Shown here: piece after piece, positions 22,140-35,238 of the stretch
Layout: each line of letters begins with the position of its first letter
Position numbering within the stretch: position 1 is the stretch's first letter
Source of the DNA: Eutreptiella sp. 'Long Island Sound 2002'
Lineage: Eukaryota > Protista > Euglenida
DNA length: 64,000 nt
Direction: 5' to 3'
NCBI GenBank assembly: GCA_964036045.1
Contig: OZ038379.1
Location: forward strand, 13,578,001 to 13,642,000
The notes under the pieces: model-generated
Told to the model about the DNA's origin: nothing
Database searches by the model: none
The model's input: only the letters and a program-made list of their open reading frames with translations
Position numbers and translations under genes: made by a program

Positions 22140-22696
22140 GTGTGGCAGCATTGTGGCCCCCCGGTGGCGTAGCTGTTGCATTTCCATGTGTGGGCGCTGT
22201 GTGATGCGGTCCCCAGTTTCAGCGTATTGCAAGAGCTGTGCAATGGGAAGGATGGAGTGTTACTGCCGTTGTGCCAGTGTCAGGTCGTTGCTCAGTGGCA
22301 ACCGCCTCCCCCCTCCCACCTGTGGACAGTGGAGCTGATGAAGGTGTGGCGGATGACGAATTGGGAAAGGGGACTTTACCCCTCGACTTTTGTACACTCA
22401 AAATGCTTAGAAAAGCAATGAATGCCCCTGAAACTCGGATATCAATTGTGGACCCCCCCTCCAGCCCCCCCTGCTCACGCCGCGGGGGTTGGGGTCCAAT
22501 GAGCGAACTGACCCCCCCCCCCCCTTTTTTGCGGATAGAATTCACTGCCACAAATGAGCTGTACCTGCACCAGTTCAGCAACATGCAGTGAGGGGCACCG
22601 GTCCACGCAAGTCACATGTTGGGCATGTGCACGTCAGCACGCAACGGCCTGACCACCAGCAACGCTGGTCCATGGGATGTTAGCACCCTGTTGCGC

Positions 22697-22879
22697 TTCA
22701 CCTCTAGCAGACAGCACTGTGCTTGCATGATGCAAACACTGGGTCTCCCCCCCCTCTGGGCAGGCAGTCTGGGGCCTAGTGACGTGAACGGAGCAAAAAG
22801 GAAAACAGTGCACAAAGGATTGTATTCTCTGGCACCTTTCTCCCAATGCAGCCCCCTCGCGTGTATACTGACAGTCATG
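22697..22879 (+). repeat. Third copy of a 183-bp piece of the HIRA intron (=6689-6871, 18435-18617)
   Basis: Direct match with one SNP (ggggcttagt/ggggcctagt). Confidence 0.92.
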
Positions 22880-23387
22880 GGGGTGACGCTCCCCCAAGTC
22901 AGACCAGACAGACGCCACCCCCCATCCTGGGCACGCCCCGCGGTCAGAGGTGCAGCCTGTGCGGGGCCATTGCATCACTGCCTCCCCACATGTCCCCGCC
23001 CCCCACATGCGCGCGCACGCACACGGACCTACGCCTTCCCCCCGTTCCACAGGCCCCGATCGTGGGAGTGCCCTGCCCCCTCGCGTCGGTGGAGGAGGTG
23101 AAGGGACATGCGCAGCCCCCGGCTGTTGCCCGTGGGCGTGGCCCCCATGCCGCAGCGATACGCGTAGAGACCCACGCCGTGCGGACACCACCGGACCCCC
23201 CGTACCTCTGGTCTGAGCGCACACAGAGCGTACAGACCACACAAGAGCACGCCTTCGGGAATGGCAACACCCCCTCCCCCCGCGGGCCCATAGGCCCCAA
23301 GTGGACGGGGGTTGCGGGGTCATGCAAAGGCGTGACAGAGAACCGTGCAGTCGGCGCACCGAGAGACACAATGCACCCCCGCGTCCG

Positions 23388-24115
23388 TGGGCGGAGGTAC
23401 CTGCGCCAGCTTGGCCTGCAGGTCCCGCAGGTCCCCCTCCAACTTGGCATTGTCCGCCTGCAGCTCCTCGATCTTCGCTTGTGCCGAGGCATCGGGGGCC
23501 GCGGGCGGCTGAGGGAAATGGGGGTGAGGGGGGGGCCAGAGGACAGCGGCACGCAGCTGCACCGGCAGTGGGGCTTGGCGCGCAGACCATGTGAACGCAC
23601 CGCCGGACATGGGGTCACGCAGCAAAATGCCAATACTGCCTCTTTGGAGGCCTCCAGGCCTGCCCCAGTGCCCCCAGTGCCCACACACCCCAGTGCAGCC
23701 CCCTCCAACCCCAGCTTCCACACCTGCATCCCCCAACGCTCCCCCAAGTCAGGCCAGACAGACGCCTGGGGGATGCAGGTGTGGAAGCTGGGGGTGGAGG
23801 GGGCTGCACTGGGGTGTGTGGGCACTGGGGGCACTGGGGCAGGCCTGGAGGCCTCCAAAGAGGCAATATTGGCATTTTGCTGCGTGACCCCATGTCCGGC
23901 GGTGCGTTCACATGGTCTGCGCGCCAAGCCCCACTGCCGGTGCAGCTGCGTGCCGCTGTCCTCTGGGCCCCCCCCTCACCCCCATTTCCCTCAGCCGCCC
24001 GCGGCCCCCGATGCCTCGGCACAAGCGAAGATCGAGGAGCTGCAGGCGGACAATGCCAAGTTGGAGGGGGACCTGCGGGACCTGCAGGCCAAGCTGGCGC
24101 AGGTACCTCCGCCCA
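23388..24115. repeat. Long inverted repeat: ~348-bp arms (23388-23735, 23767-24115) and a 31-nt spacer
   Basis: The arms are reverse complements with only a few mismatches. Confidence 0.95.
23995..24102 (+). CDS. Isolated coiled-coil exon (PPAAPDASAQAKIEELQADNAKLEGDLRDLQAKLAQ), mirrored on the minus strand at 23401-23508
   Basis: Acceptor CCTCAG, donor CAG|GTACCT, 108 nt, heptad pattern. Parent gene unknown. Confidence 0.55.
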
Positions 24116-27100
24116 GGTCCCATTCAACTTTTTCTTCTTTCTGGCCCCTACCCGATGGCGGGATCCAGGGTTCTATCTTCCAATACTCAAGGACAGCCCC
24201 TCTTTGGGCCCCACCAATGAGGACTTACTTACTGGCTTTCAAGCTGGCATGGGTTGGCTGAAAAAAAATTTCTAGTGACCCTGGCGACCCCTGGCGACCC
24301 TGGGGACCCTTGGGCCAGGCTTGGGTCATCATTTGGTGACAATGGGAGTGCATATAACCCATATACCCCAAAAGGATATAGCCCATGCATGTAACCCATA
24401 GTTAGGCCCACCTATTGGTGCCCATCGGCCCTTGAAAGGACCGATTTGGGTTGGAGGCTCCCCAAGGGAATGGTACACAGCTTGCTCCTGCAGTTTTCCG
24501 TCCCAAACAGCTCAAAAATACAACATCCCCACACCGATTATTCCACTTAATGATCAAATATTAGAACTATTGCAGCATGTTCGAGGTCTCCTTTGTGTGT
24601 TTCTTACCTCACTTGGCCATTGGGTGGTTGGGTTGGTGGGTGGCGGCTTCCCAAGGGACTGGTACAATCCTGCCAAATCAATTTTTGACCCTGCCCAGCT
24701 CAAAAATCAAAAATCACTGTGCAGAAGTTGTTACATTAAAGCCAGACAGGCCTGCATACATGGGAACACACCACATACCTCTCTTTTTAGGCCTATTTTG
24801 TGTGCCAGCCGCGAGGGGTTAAATTAGTGGTTGAGCCCCTTGTAAAATCCTTATTTTGTCCAATAACAGTATCCCCCACGAAGGGTGCCCCTGAGTCTGA
24901 GTCTGGTGGTGGAGCCTCGGCAGGTTTGACAGTGTGCCCCTACCTTTCTTTACTGTGCCTCTGAGGTGAAACGAGGGGAACTGGGCGTACAGGTACGACA
25001 CACAATCAGTCAAGTCAGCCGGCAGACAAACAGTGTGGACGAAAGGCATTGCAGGCCAGATATCGCATGAAGTCCATCCCCCCAAAGGCCTTGGAGGTGT
25101 GGGGTCGGGGAGGGGGGTGCCCACACTGACTGTGGCCCGCAGACATCATCTGCTACTGCTGCCATGTGTGAACCAATCGCTTATGCTATTGGTTGCGCCA
25201 TTGCTTGTGCTATTACTAAGGCACTTCAGTCACAGGTTGGACTTGATTGAATGAATGGGTTTACTTGTGCACAGCACTAAAACCACCCGTTCCTCAAGCG
25301 GTTGTGGAACGATGTTTTTTTTTAAAACAAAGTCCTCATCATTACTTGCTGCCCCCCAACTCACTCCATCCTCCTTGAAACCTGGTTGGCTGCCGCCCCC
25401 CCTCTGCCCATGTCCCTGCCCCAGATCCAATCCCTCGCAACCGCACGTGGAGACCACTTCTCCCGCCATGTCCCCCGATAGCGACTGCGGAACGCGCTCA
25501 GACCACCGCCACGTCATCAACGCTGCGACAGCGACAGCGACCGCAGCAGCTTGTAGTTGGTTCCACCACCAGCGTTTGGGGTGGGGACAGGCAGCTGGAA
25601 CGGCCCGTGGTTGCAGCTGTGAATCATGATTGCGTCAATCCGTGCAATTTTGCCCCTTGGAATGTCTTTTTGGTGCGGCATTGTCCACCAGGGATCACCT
25701 CATGGGGTAATTGCAGCCCGGAAGGAAGCACAACAGACGCAAACATTTTGCAGGAAGCATCACAGTTCCAGATTTTGTGTTTTTGGGGGACACCCCCCCC
25801 TGTATCCTTTTGTTTACATATGATGTGGCTGCTTTCATGGCTGCCTCACACAGCCAGCACTGCAATGCGAACGGCATTTACTAGGGTGCTGCTTTGGAAT
25901 AGCTCTGTTTACAGCTGGAGGGTGCAGCTTTGGTATGAATGCGTAGCTTACCACCGGCTATTGAACAGCAGCCGCTTGGCTGTGTCGTCAGGATGGACAC
26001 CATCGTAAGGGACATAGGGAACATGGACCTGGCTTTTTAGGAATACATACGGGGCTGGTTACGGGGGTACAGAGGGCTGGCGTGTCTTCCAAATGACAGC
26101 AGGCTCTTGCTTCTCCCTCTTCTCTTACTCCATTTGCGATGCCCTGCTGCCAACAAAGCAGGGCTGGCCACAGAGTGCCAGCAGTGATGCGAAGCCTTGT
26201 GTGCCATACAACTAGAGCACAGTAGTCAAAGTAGTGCAAGCAGCTTTTTGACCAAAAAAGTAAGCGGGAGAATTATCCCAACAATTTGGAGCATATACAC
26301 AGGTCTGGCTCAGTTCTACCTGTCTGAGCCCATGTAGATGTCTGGGAGCAAAGACTCTGACAGGACTGAGCACCTACGGGTTGCCTGCTGTCGTCCCGCT
26401 GAATTTGTTGAAAGTATTTTGCGGCCAATCCTGGTCACCTACATACACTACACATTTGGCGGGAATGTCCCTTGGGTCTTGGCACTTTGAGGCATTTCTG
26501 CTGGAGGTCGTGCACAGAGAATCAGGAGAACTGTCTGGATCAGGCCTGTTCATTTGCTTTCAACGCTGGCATGTGCGGTTTCTCGTTGGTTTTATTCTTA
26601 TTTATCTTGCCCCCCAGCCCTTCTTGCGCCTAGTCATCGGTTAAGATGTGTTTTTCGCGGCAGGAATATAAATGGGAAGTTGGATTCCCTGTGTGTGTGA
26701 CTGAGGACATCTGATCTGCAGCTCAGAGGTAAAATGCTTCCGTCCTTCAATGGTTGTTGTGAGTGCGAACCTTTGGTGCATACAGATGGGGTCATCTCGG
26801 GTCATCTCAGCGGTAGGCAACAATGAGGGGTGGCCGGAATCAAGGTGGGTAAGTTTATAGTTCCCACTGTATCCTGTTGTCCTACCCTTGTCCAAGCACC
26901 CACTGGGTGAATATGTTCAAATTTGGACCGAATGCTTGTGCGGTTCGTTGTGACAAAGGAATTCGCCGGGGTGCTCCACCTTTTGGTTCGGGGAGGACCA
27001 TAAAGCGGATGCTATGGTGAGTCTCGAATATATCTTTGGTGTGAGGCTACGGGCTGTGGGAGGACAGCTGTGTCGTTGCAGGAAAGTTACCACGCTTGTT

Positions 27101-30100
27101 TTAGCCGACGGCACAATAGCGACAAGCTCCCTGCTGCTGCGCATGTGCCGAGCGCCACGCTGCTGCCCATGTGCATGATTCTGTGCAGCTGCCCATGTGT
27201 GCGGCCCCCTGGTGCTGCCCATAGGCACTGCTCCCTGTTACCCCCCCCATGCACATTGCTCTGCTGCTGCCCGTTTGCAAAGCTCTTTGCTGCTGCCCTG
27301 TTGCACAGCTCCTTGTTGCTGCCTGCATGAACGCGTTGCCATGCTGCCCATGTGCACAGCTGCCCATGTGCACAACTCCCGCTCTGATGTGCGGACCCCT
27401 GTGTTGCCGGCCGAGTTCACTGCTCCCTCCTGCAACACTATACATGTGCTTTTGAGCATAGTTTTGGTGGCATCCCAAAGTCAGTAACAAGGCCCCAGAA
27501 GTAGTGTGCGGCGTCTGGGGAAGTGGCGAGCAGGTCATGGTATTCAACCCCCCAAATTTTCTTTTTACTCCTGCGTAATGAGTACAATAGGGGCACTCTG
27601 TATGCATGATGTGCTTAATCTCTGCCATCATTGTCTCCCACCCAGGGCACGGCTTAGTGTCGAATTTTACCTGTAATGGTGTGGGGGGGCCAGAGGCCAA
27701 AAATGTTTTTGTGTACCTAAAATCGGCCTCCAATTTCGGGCCCCTTTGATAGATTTCTTTTTTTTTTCTTTCCGGAGGAAACATTTTTGATGTGGGTGGG
27801 GGGTAGGTCAGGCAGAGGAGCCCCAGACCGCCATTCCGCCCCTCCCCCACCCCCCAGTAACAGTGATGCCACCTGTCACATTCTTCTTCTGCACACTGTT
27901 GCGTTTGATGTTTTTTCCTTCCTGCACAACATCACCAAGGCACCCTGTCCTGTAGCATGTGTGGGTCTTGATCCTGGGTGCCCTGCCGCATGGTTGTTTG
28001 TTGTTGTTGTTCTGGTTAGTGGTTTTGCAGCTTACAAGTGAGGAGCCGTCACTCTATCCAGGAGGTTGGGCGCGCGCTTGGCCGATTGCCTGGCAGCTCT
28101 GGCTGGGACCCCAAAGAGGGGCCGACATTTGCGAAGGTAAGGGCAAGTGGGATATGGCAGGGAGCACATGACCAGCCAATTTTAAACAAACCACATGTCT
28201 GGTTTCAGATTTGCATTATGTGGCTTGACTGTCATTGTGTGTGCTGGCAATTACAAGGGGGAAATAATACGCCCGGCGTCTCGGATGTGAACACTGGAAA
28301 AAAAAATCACCACTGTCAATTGCCCACCCGAGTGTTTCACGCTTACAGAATGTCAGGAACATCCTATCTGATTCAAGTGAGACAGAAATAATTGTGGCTC
28401 AGAGTTTCTCTCATTGTCACCGTGGTATGGAATGTGGTCAGATCTGTCAATGTCTGTCTTTCAGCAAAGCACAACGTCATGGAGTTGTCTTTTTCATACG
28501 GCATGGGTTTTGGAAAAAGCTTCGAGCCTCTTTCCGCGAGTCAAGAATGGCATCCATTTTTAACAACACCCTGAGGGTCGACATAATTTAGATTGCCAAT
28601 GTGCAACAGCAAGCAGACATGCGGCTGCATTGCGGGGACAGAATAGGAGCAGTCAACTGCAGCTGCAGCCACACCATTTTGTTCCAGGTGTCATGAACGG
28701 GATGCTGTGACTGGGTGGTGGATGTCTGTGGCTTGGATGACCTGTGCGTTATCTCCCAAGACGACACATCTTATGCCCTAGCTGCAGACCCTGACATCCA
28801 GCAGAGAAATATCCTTTTGGAGCTGCAACATGTGAAAGTAATTCAGGATCCTCAAGTGCAGCAACTTTTCACCCAATGACAATGGGCTGCCACCCACTCT
28901 GGTTGCGAGCACAAAGGTTGTACACAGTGGCCCAAGTCGGGCAGGCCAGCCAAAATTAGAAGAGAGGAGGGGGAGGGTGGTCTGGGACCCCAAATTTGTG
29001 TACCAAGAATGGCCCGACCAGATTTTCACCATTGTGAATCTCTATGGTCACTTTGGTTGGGGCTTTGGGCTTTGGGCTATCCTTCCCACCCCGATGAGGG
29101 CCTTATGGGCCCCCGGGTTGCCTCTACAGGGAAGCCAGGCGCAGGCGCACCACACACACCCCGCAGCCAGGCAGCTGGAGGGCGGGGCACACGCCTCCTA
29201 GTGCGGACATGCTTGTGTTGTGCTGGGGTGTGGGTGTGTCCAATGGGGTGCTTGCTGTCGAGGCGTAGGCGGCGCACTGGCTGGCGCAGTGACCAGCTCG
29301 CAAGTGTGGCAAAACAGGAGACTTTGCAAAATCACAACCAAGGTGCGATAAAATTCATAAGTTTCGCATGTCTTTCAGCTCCAGCTTCCCGTTGACTATC
29401 TGTTTGGTAAAAACTTAGAACTTTTGTTGAATAGATTAGAAGAACAACTTGCTGCCACATTTCCCACCCCCTACACAAACCAGCTGCCAATAGTTAAGCA
29501 GCAAGTGAACTAGCTGGGTGGAAATAAAATTGAAAAGAGAGAGGTGTATCTTATATACTTGTTAACTCATTACACTGCATCTGTGTCGCATCAACACATA
29601 TAGATATTTGTGGCATACACAGCATTAAAACAAAGTGTTGGTAGTCAAAAAAAGTACACCCATGAACCCACAGACAACTAAAAGCAGTTCCATTCATCAA
29701 GTGGGTAAGACAAGTGACATTGCAAAAAGAGACTAGCATCTGATGACACTGTGGCCCCAAAGCGCAACCGCATGTACTTGTCACTCCTGCGTTGGCAGCA
29801 GCCCTGTACCGGAACAAAACACACTTTTTATATCAATCAGTACACTATATATATAAACACAAGTCATCGCATCTTTTAGTTCCGCTATATGGCTAGCTAT
29901 ACATGCGGGCATTGTCCCTCCCATTGTATGTAGACTTGCCGCTCACTCTGCACGGAGAATGCCGCTTTTTTCTTGCTATTTACTATGCTTCATCCTACCG
30001 TGCCACTGCTGAGCCTCAAAGGATTGAAAATTCAGCACTCCGTCTCTCCACATATCCTGCGGTGGCAGTGCAGTGTGCTGTGCATTGTTGTAGTGTACAT

Positions 30101-30869
30101 ATACATCAAATCTGTATTTTTGGTAGAGCAGTTGTTCGTTGTGTGGTAGTGCCAAATACCGTTTCGCCTCATGTCCCCCACAACCCAGGATTAAAGACAG
30201 ATCTGGTCTGATTTCTTCATCCCAACACTGAGACACTACTGCTTCGTGTTCAGCAGACATGGTTGGCCCGACAGATAGAAGCGCCCCATCGGGTGTCGGC
30301 ACCAAAGGTGACTGCGGTGAGGCCGGCGACAGTGCTGGCATTGGGGACATGGGGGACACAGGGGACACCGGGTCTTCCTTCATCACATCTGGTGGCGTCA
30401 CTGCACGCTCAGGTTGCAGCGTGCATGTTCGCTGCTGGGATGAGCTGGCACAGTGTGTGTGTGTGTGTCATAGTGTCCCGTGCTGTGACCTTGTGGTTTG
30501 TTGTGGTGGTGATGGTGTGACTGGTTGGGCCACGGGTTTGGTTGTTGTGTTGGCTGGGCGGTTTTTCTGTGCCGTGGCGGGCTGTTTGGGCTTCGTTTGT
30601 TTGCTTTTATGCGTGTTTCGCTGGCGCTCTTTTGGTATTGGTTTTGGTTGCAACAAATTGGCAAACTGGGGTATATAGTACATTGCATCGGTCGCCATGG
30701 CAGGAGTCACACTACCTATTGTTTGTCTGGCACGGGGGGTTGTGGGCTTAGGGAACCTATACCTCTGTTGTTAAATTGGCAAGTTGGGTGTGTATTGTTG
30801 TGCCATGCGCATTTGTATGTGTGGTGGTGCACCGTTTGTGTGTGTGACCTGTATCTGTGCAAGCAGGGT

Positions 30870-31200
30870 TTTTAGGGTTGGGCCCCTCATCTTGCAACTG
30901 CATGTCGTATATATGTTGAAACTTGTGAAATATGGACGTAAGCGGCACATGGAACATACCTGAACGGGTGCACAGGCAGCGAACCTGGGTGATGGCCCTG
31001 TGAATCATTGCTCTGTGGGGTAAGTGCCAGGTAACTGCGGTGTTCCGCGTCCTAGAGCATAGCAATAGCTCACTGGGCACCGCAGGTTCCTCCTATCGCT
31101 ACCCCTCTCCTCTGGTGTAGTACCCTGCCACCGACAGTGAAGAGGTGAGCAAACATTTGCACTGCTTTGAAGTGTATTCTTGTCAATGCCCAAGTTCCAT
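30870..31200 (-). pseudogene. Relic of a second PLE-type reverse transcriptase
   Basis: Minus strand reads LFTVGGRVLHQRRGVAIGGTCGAQ*AIAML*DAE...PFRY, then shifts frame to IFHKFQHIYDMQLQDEG. Parallels the RT at 14750-15050. Confidence 0.6.
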
Positions 31201-31395
31201 TTTTCTTTTTGCGGTTCCATTTTTGAGTGCCATTCCACTATAGACCGATGCCAGAAGTCCTGTCTGCCCTTGATGTATTGATGTGCAAGGCAGGTTCCCA
31301 CCATCCCTCATACATCATGTCACATGGTGCGCATTTTCTCATTGTGGAAGAGGGTGCGCTCCAATAAGTGGCCCAACATGAAATGTGCAACACAA

Positions 31396-31400
<5 letters not shown>

Positions 31401-31445
<45 letters not shown>

Positions 31446-31446
31446 A
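31401..31446. repeat. (TC)n(TG)n compound microsatellite
   Basis: Directly visible. Confidence 0.9.
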
Positions 31447-33473
31447 TGTATGTGTGCGCGGATGCTGAAAGAGAGAGATCAGCGGAACAACACTACAAGG
31501 AACAAGGGGGAAGGGAGCATGTGGAGTTGAACTAATGAGAGGCTCCAAGGCTCCCTTGGTTGTACCATACCAAGAATTGGGTTCCGATGCATTTTTTTGC
31601 AATGCATGTATGTTTTTGTGTACCCTTACAGACAAATGAGACATACCTGCACAATTTTTGTGGGCGCAGAGACACTACAGTGAACGAATGGCAAGGCCTA
31701 CACAAAAGATGCCCCACCAAAGCCTCAAAGCTGAAACAAGCAGCATGCACACAAATTCAGCACCGCACAAAGGCAAAACAAAAGAGTGCTCATGATGCCA
31801 CATATGTTTCGCTTTTGTACACCTCCTGAGTTTCTAGTTAACCCAGCCGGTCCTCAATTAGTCTTCTAGTCTTAACCTTGTCATCTCTTTCAAGAAGCAC
31901 GAGATTGCCTCTTGCTCTCTCATTTGTCATGTAATAGAAACCACATGCTACAATAAATTTGTTAGAAAATTGACATGCGGTTTGAAGTCGATGAGTAGCT
32001 TTGTTCACCTGTCTTTTATGCTCTATACTACCAATTGCATGGATCGCAACACTTTTGTTTCATGCCATTCGCTATCACAATTTGAACTTGCTTGTCTGCG
32101 TGCACCTGATCTAGCTCAGCCTTACAGTATAGTTTCTCTGCGGGACCCGGTCCTGAAGCATATCTCATTTGACGGTGTTGTTGGCTTGTGCCAAGTCAAG
32201 TGTGGTACCTGAAGAAGAACCTGGCATTGAGAAGCGAGATGTGTGAGGGCAAAGAAATGGGTTACAATAATGTGGGCATGTGGCATATGTGCTTTCTTGT
32301 TAAATTGAGATGTCCGTTTTGTAATTACATTTTGTACAAAACCAACCGGGCACAATGCAAAGGCGAACCATTCTATTTGGTCATCCGGAGAAGCATGTCA
32401 TGCACATGGTGTTACATTGGAGGCCATGGAACACATCCAGCGGCGTCCTAATTGAACATGCAATGACGAATTTGTTGGTGTTCTGTGGCACTTAGCATGC
32501 AACCGTTTTGCTTCCCTCCCCCCAAGCCCTCCCTAGACACCAAACCCCTTTCTGCTTGAGAAGCCAAGAACAATAGTGCCTCCCCTTCCACCACCCATCT
32601 GTTGTTATGGATTGACTTTGTGCATTGAGCTGTCCCATTTTCGTACTTAGAACCAACGTTTCATGTTGACCTCGATCTTCTGCCCAATGGGGCCGAAATG
32701 GTTTCAGTTTTCTGAAAATTTCAACTTGAACCACGGACAGGGGGAACATATGTGTATTCTCAGTCATTCCAACCCAACAAGCCGCCCAACTGATCTGCTG
32801 TTTTGGGCCAGTTCCATGCAAATGCGAGGCAAGCCCCATGCACGCTTCAATTTTTAAGAAATTAGGGTGCGCAGATCCATTAAATAGGAGTAAAATCAAC
32901 TCTCCAAATATGCAAAACCCAAGCGTTTGGAACTCGGCACTCCAAAGTGATGTCGGAGGTCACCATCACCATCTCTCCAACGGGGCTTCCTCACTCAAAA
33001 AATCATTTGTGCATCACTATAAGGACCTAGAATGGTTTTTGTGAAGGAAAATTCCAAAGTTTGAAGAAAGCAACGTCACACAAGCTCAATAGATGAAAAC
33101 TTCCATTGGCCCTATTTCGGCATCTATTGGCAACCACTTCTCCATCTCTTCGTGACCGTTAGAGCAAAAGGAAAAAAAGAAAACCGCCTCCGGGATTTGT
33201 GGTGTCTGGACTGGCTACGGACCAACGGCGGTTGGCAGTTAACCAATGGCGGTTGACAGTTGACGGACGGCGGTTGGCAGTTGGTGAGGTTGTTGGGTTG
33301 GTGGGAGCAAGGGGGTCAGGAGAAATGGTCGCGAAGAGATGGAGAAACAGTTGCGAAGAGATGAGGAAACGCTTACAGTCCCCCCTGCCAGGGTGAGGGG
33401 GGTCCCCCCTGCCCTTCCCTTTCCTTCAAAGGTCCGTGCCCCACTTGCCAACAGATGTGAAACTGCTGTCCAA

Positions 33474-33773
33474 ATGCCTGCACTCACCGGGGCCAAAAAT
33501 GTCTGCCTCCATTTTGAGGATACGACGGCCATCATCAGCGTCGACCTTACCACTACACATGGTCCCAACGCTTCGGCTTCGAAGACCCTCATCGGTACGA
33601 CCCTCGGTTACAAACCGATTGGTTCGACGGGGGCCCTGATGTGGCTGACCGTGTCTATGGAAGCAGGCAAGGCTGTAGACCTGAGCGGTGACGTGCCCTG
33701 CCCTGATGGCCTCAAGAACTGTACCCTCGAAGTGGAGGGGCCAATGCTAAAGATCAGTGTAGATTTGACGCAG
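33474..33773 (+). CDS. Exon 1 of a gene with two small beta-rich domains fused to an SF2 helicase
   Basis: MPALTGAKNVCLHFEDTTAIISVDLTTTHGPNASASKTLIGTTLG...LTV, then a second repeat KNCTLEVEGPMLKISVDLTQ. Donor CAG|GTATTG, phase 0. The start codon is inferred. Confidence 0.7.
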
Positions 33774-35238
33774 GTATTGCAAAGGGTTGCCACTGGACAG
33801 GGTGCGGAAAACAACCAATTGTAACTTGGGGTGTATCTTTCGAAAGGGAGTGTGAATTTTATCAAATCGGACATTCCAGCAAGACTTTGTTGAATTGAAT
33901 GATGCCGTCCCACCATTTTGGCCGTACTGTCTGACCGCCGTCGTTGCCCTCCAACCGCCGTCAGTTGCCGTCCAAACGCCGTTGGCCACCCTCCAACCGC
34001 CTTTAGATTGTGGGCCTGAATAATGAGCTAACCTCTGGACAGCGTGAGCTTTTTCCTCTAGTAAAAAACGTCCTGGACGTGCACGACCTGTTTACTGTTT
34101 GGGGGATTGCCTTACAGGACAAGATGTAGCCAGATCAGGAACATCCCCCAGTACTTCACAGGCCGGAGGAAAACCGGGGAAAATGAGAGGGAAGGAAAGG
34201 CAGCGAAGAGGAACGGAGGCAGAATGGGGTAAAATTGGGACAGATAGGGGTGCACACCTTAAATGCGGCACAAACCGAAGTGTAAGAGCAGTTGCTGTAG
34301 TTGTCGCATGGCTGTGTACTAGATGCGACCCCATTTCCACTTTTATCCCCATTTTTTTGCTTGCTTCACCGTTTGTACTGTCGTGACCCTCAACCAAAGA
34401 AAATGGTGTGATGAGAGTCTAGTTGGCTCAGGTGCACAGGTTCACTTTACCTTTTGGTAAGGGTCCTGATTACTGATTAGGCCCAGCCACTGATCCCGGG
34501 GCATGTGCAGGTGGACGAGAGAGAACTTGTCCCGTACCAAACCCCCCACCCCAGTAAGGCCAGTGTGGGGATGTATCTGGTAGAAATTCTGATGGCATTC
34601 CCAGGGAAAACGACCCCTTCAGTAGTCTGAGCCGACCTTTTGGTGCTTGTTCTTCTTCAAAGAAAATGTGGCGCACTTTGTCCTACCAATTATGAAGGAT
34701 TGTGGCGCAGTTCACCCTGTATTAAATTTTTCGCGACATAATTTGTCCTGTACCAAACCAACACCCTCTGTAGAGCGACCACAGGAGGGGATGCCCATCT
34801 ACAAGTTTTTTGAGTGCACAACTGATGTGTTAAGGGGCACCCATGGCTGAAGTTGGGTTTTTGGACTGCCAAGACAAGCTCACGGTCCCTCCTACAACTG
34901 GCCATAGCTGAGTGATGACAATACCCCCGGCGGTGGGTGGCTGGGTTGGTTAGAGGCCCCCCAAAAGGTTGTGTACCTAAGACCGGCCTTCAGGACCGGC
35001 CCCCAACCACCTGTGCAAATTTCATTTTTACCCTTCTCAAAGACTTTTTGGGTTTGGTGGGTGGGTTCCAGGGCCGACCCGGGTCCCACATCGGCCCCGC
35101 GTCACCCCTCCCCTGCCAGCCTGGAATCAAGCCAACACACAGCGAGAGGATGCAGTGCCATGGGCTCCTGACCTTTTTGGGACTTGGGAACACCGACTCC
35201 AACTTTTGAGCCCCAGGATAATGCCCAAGGCGTCTTAG

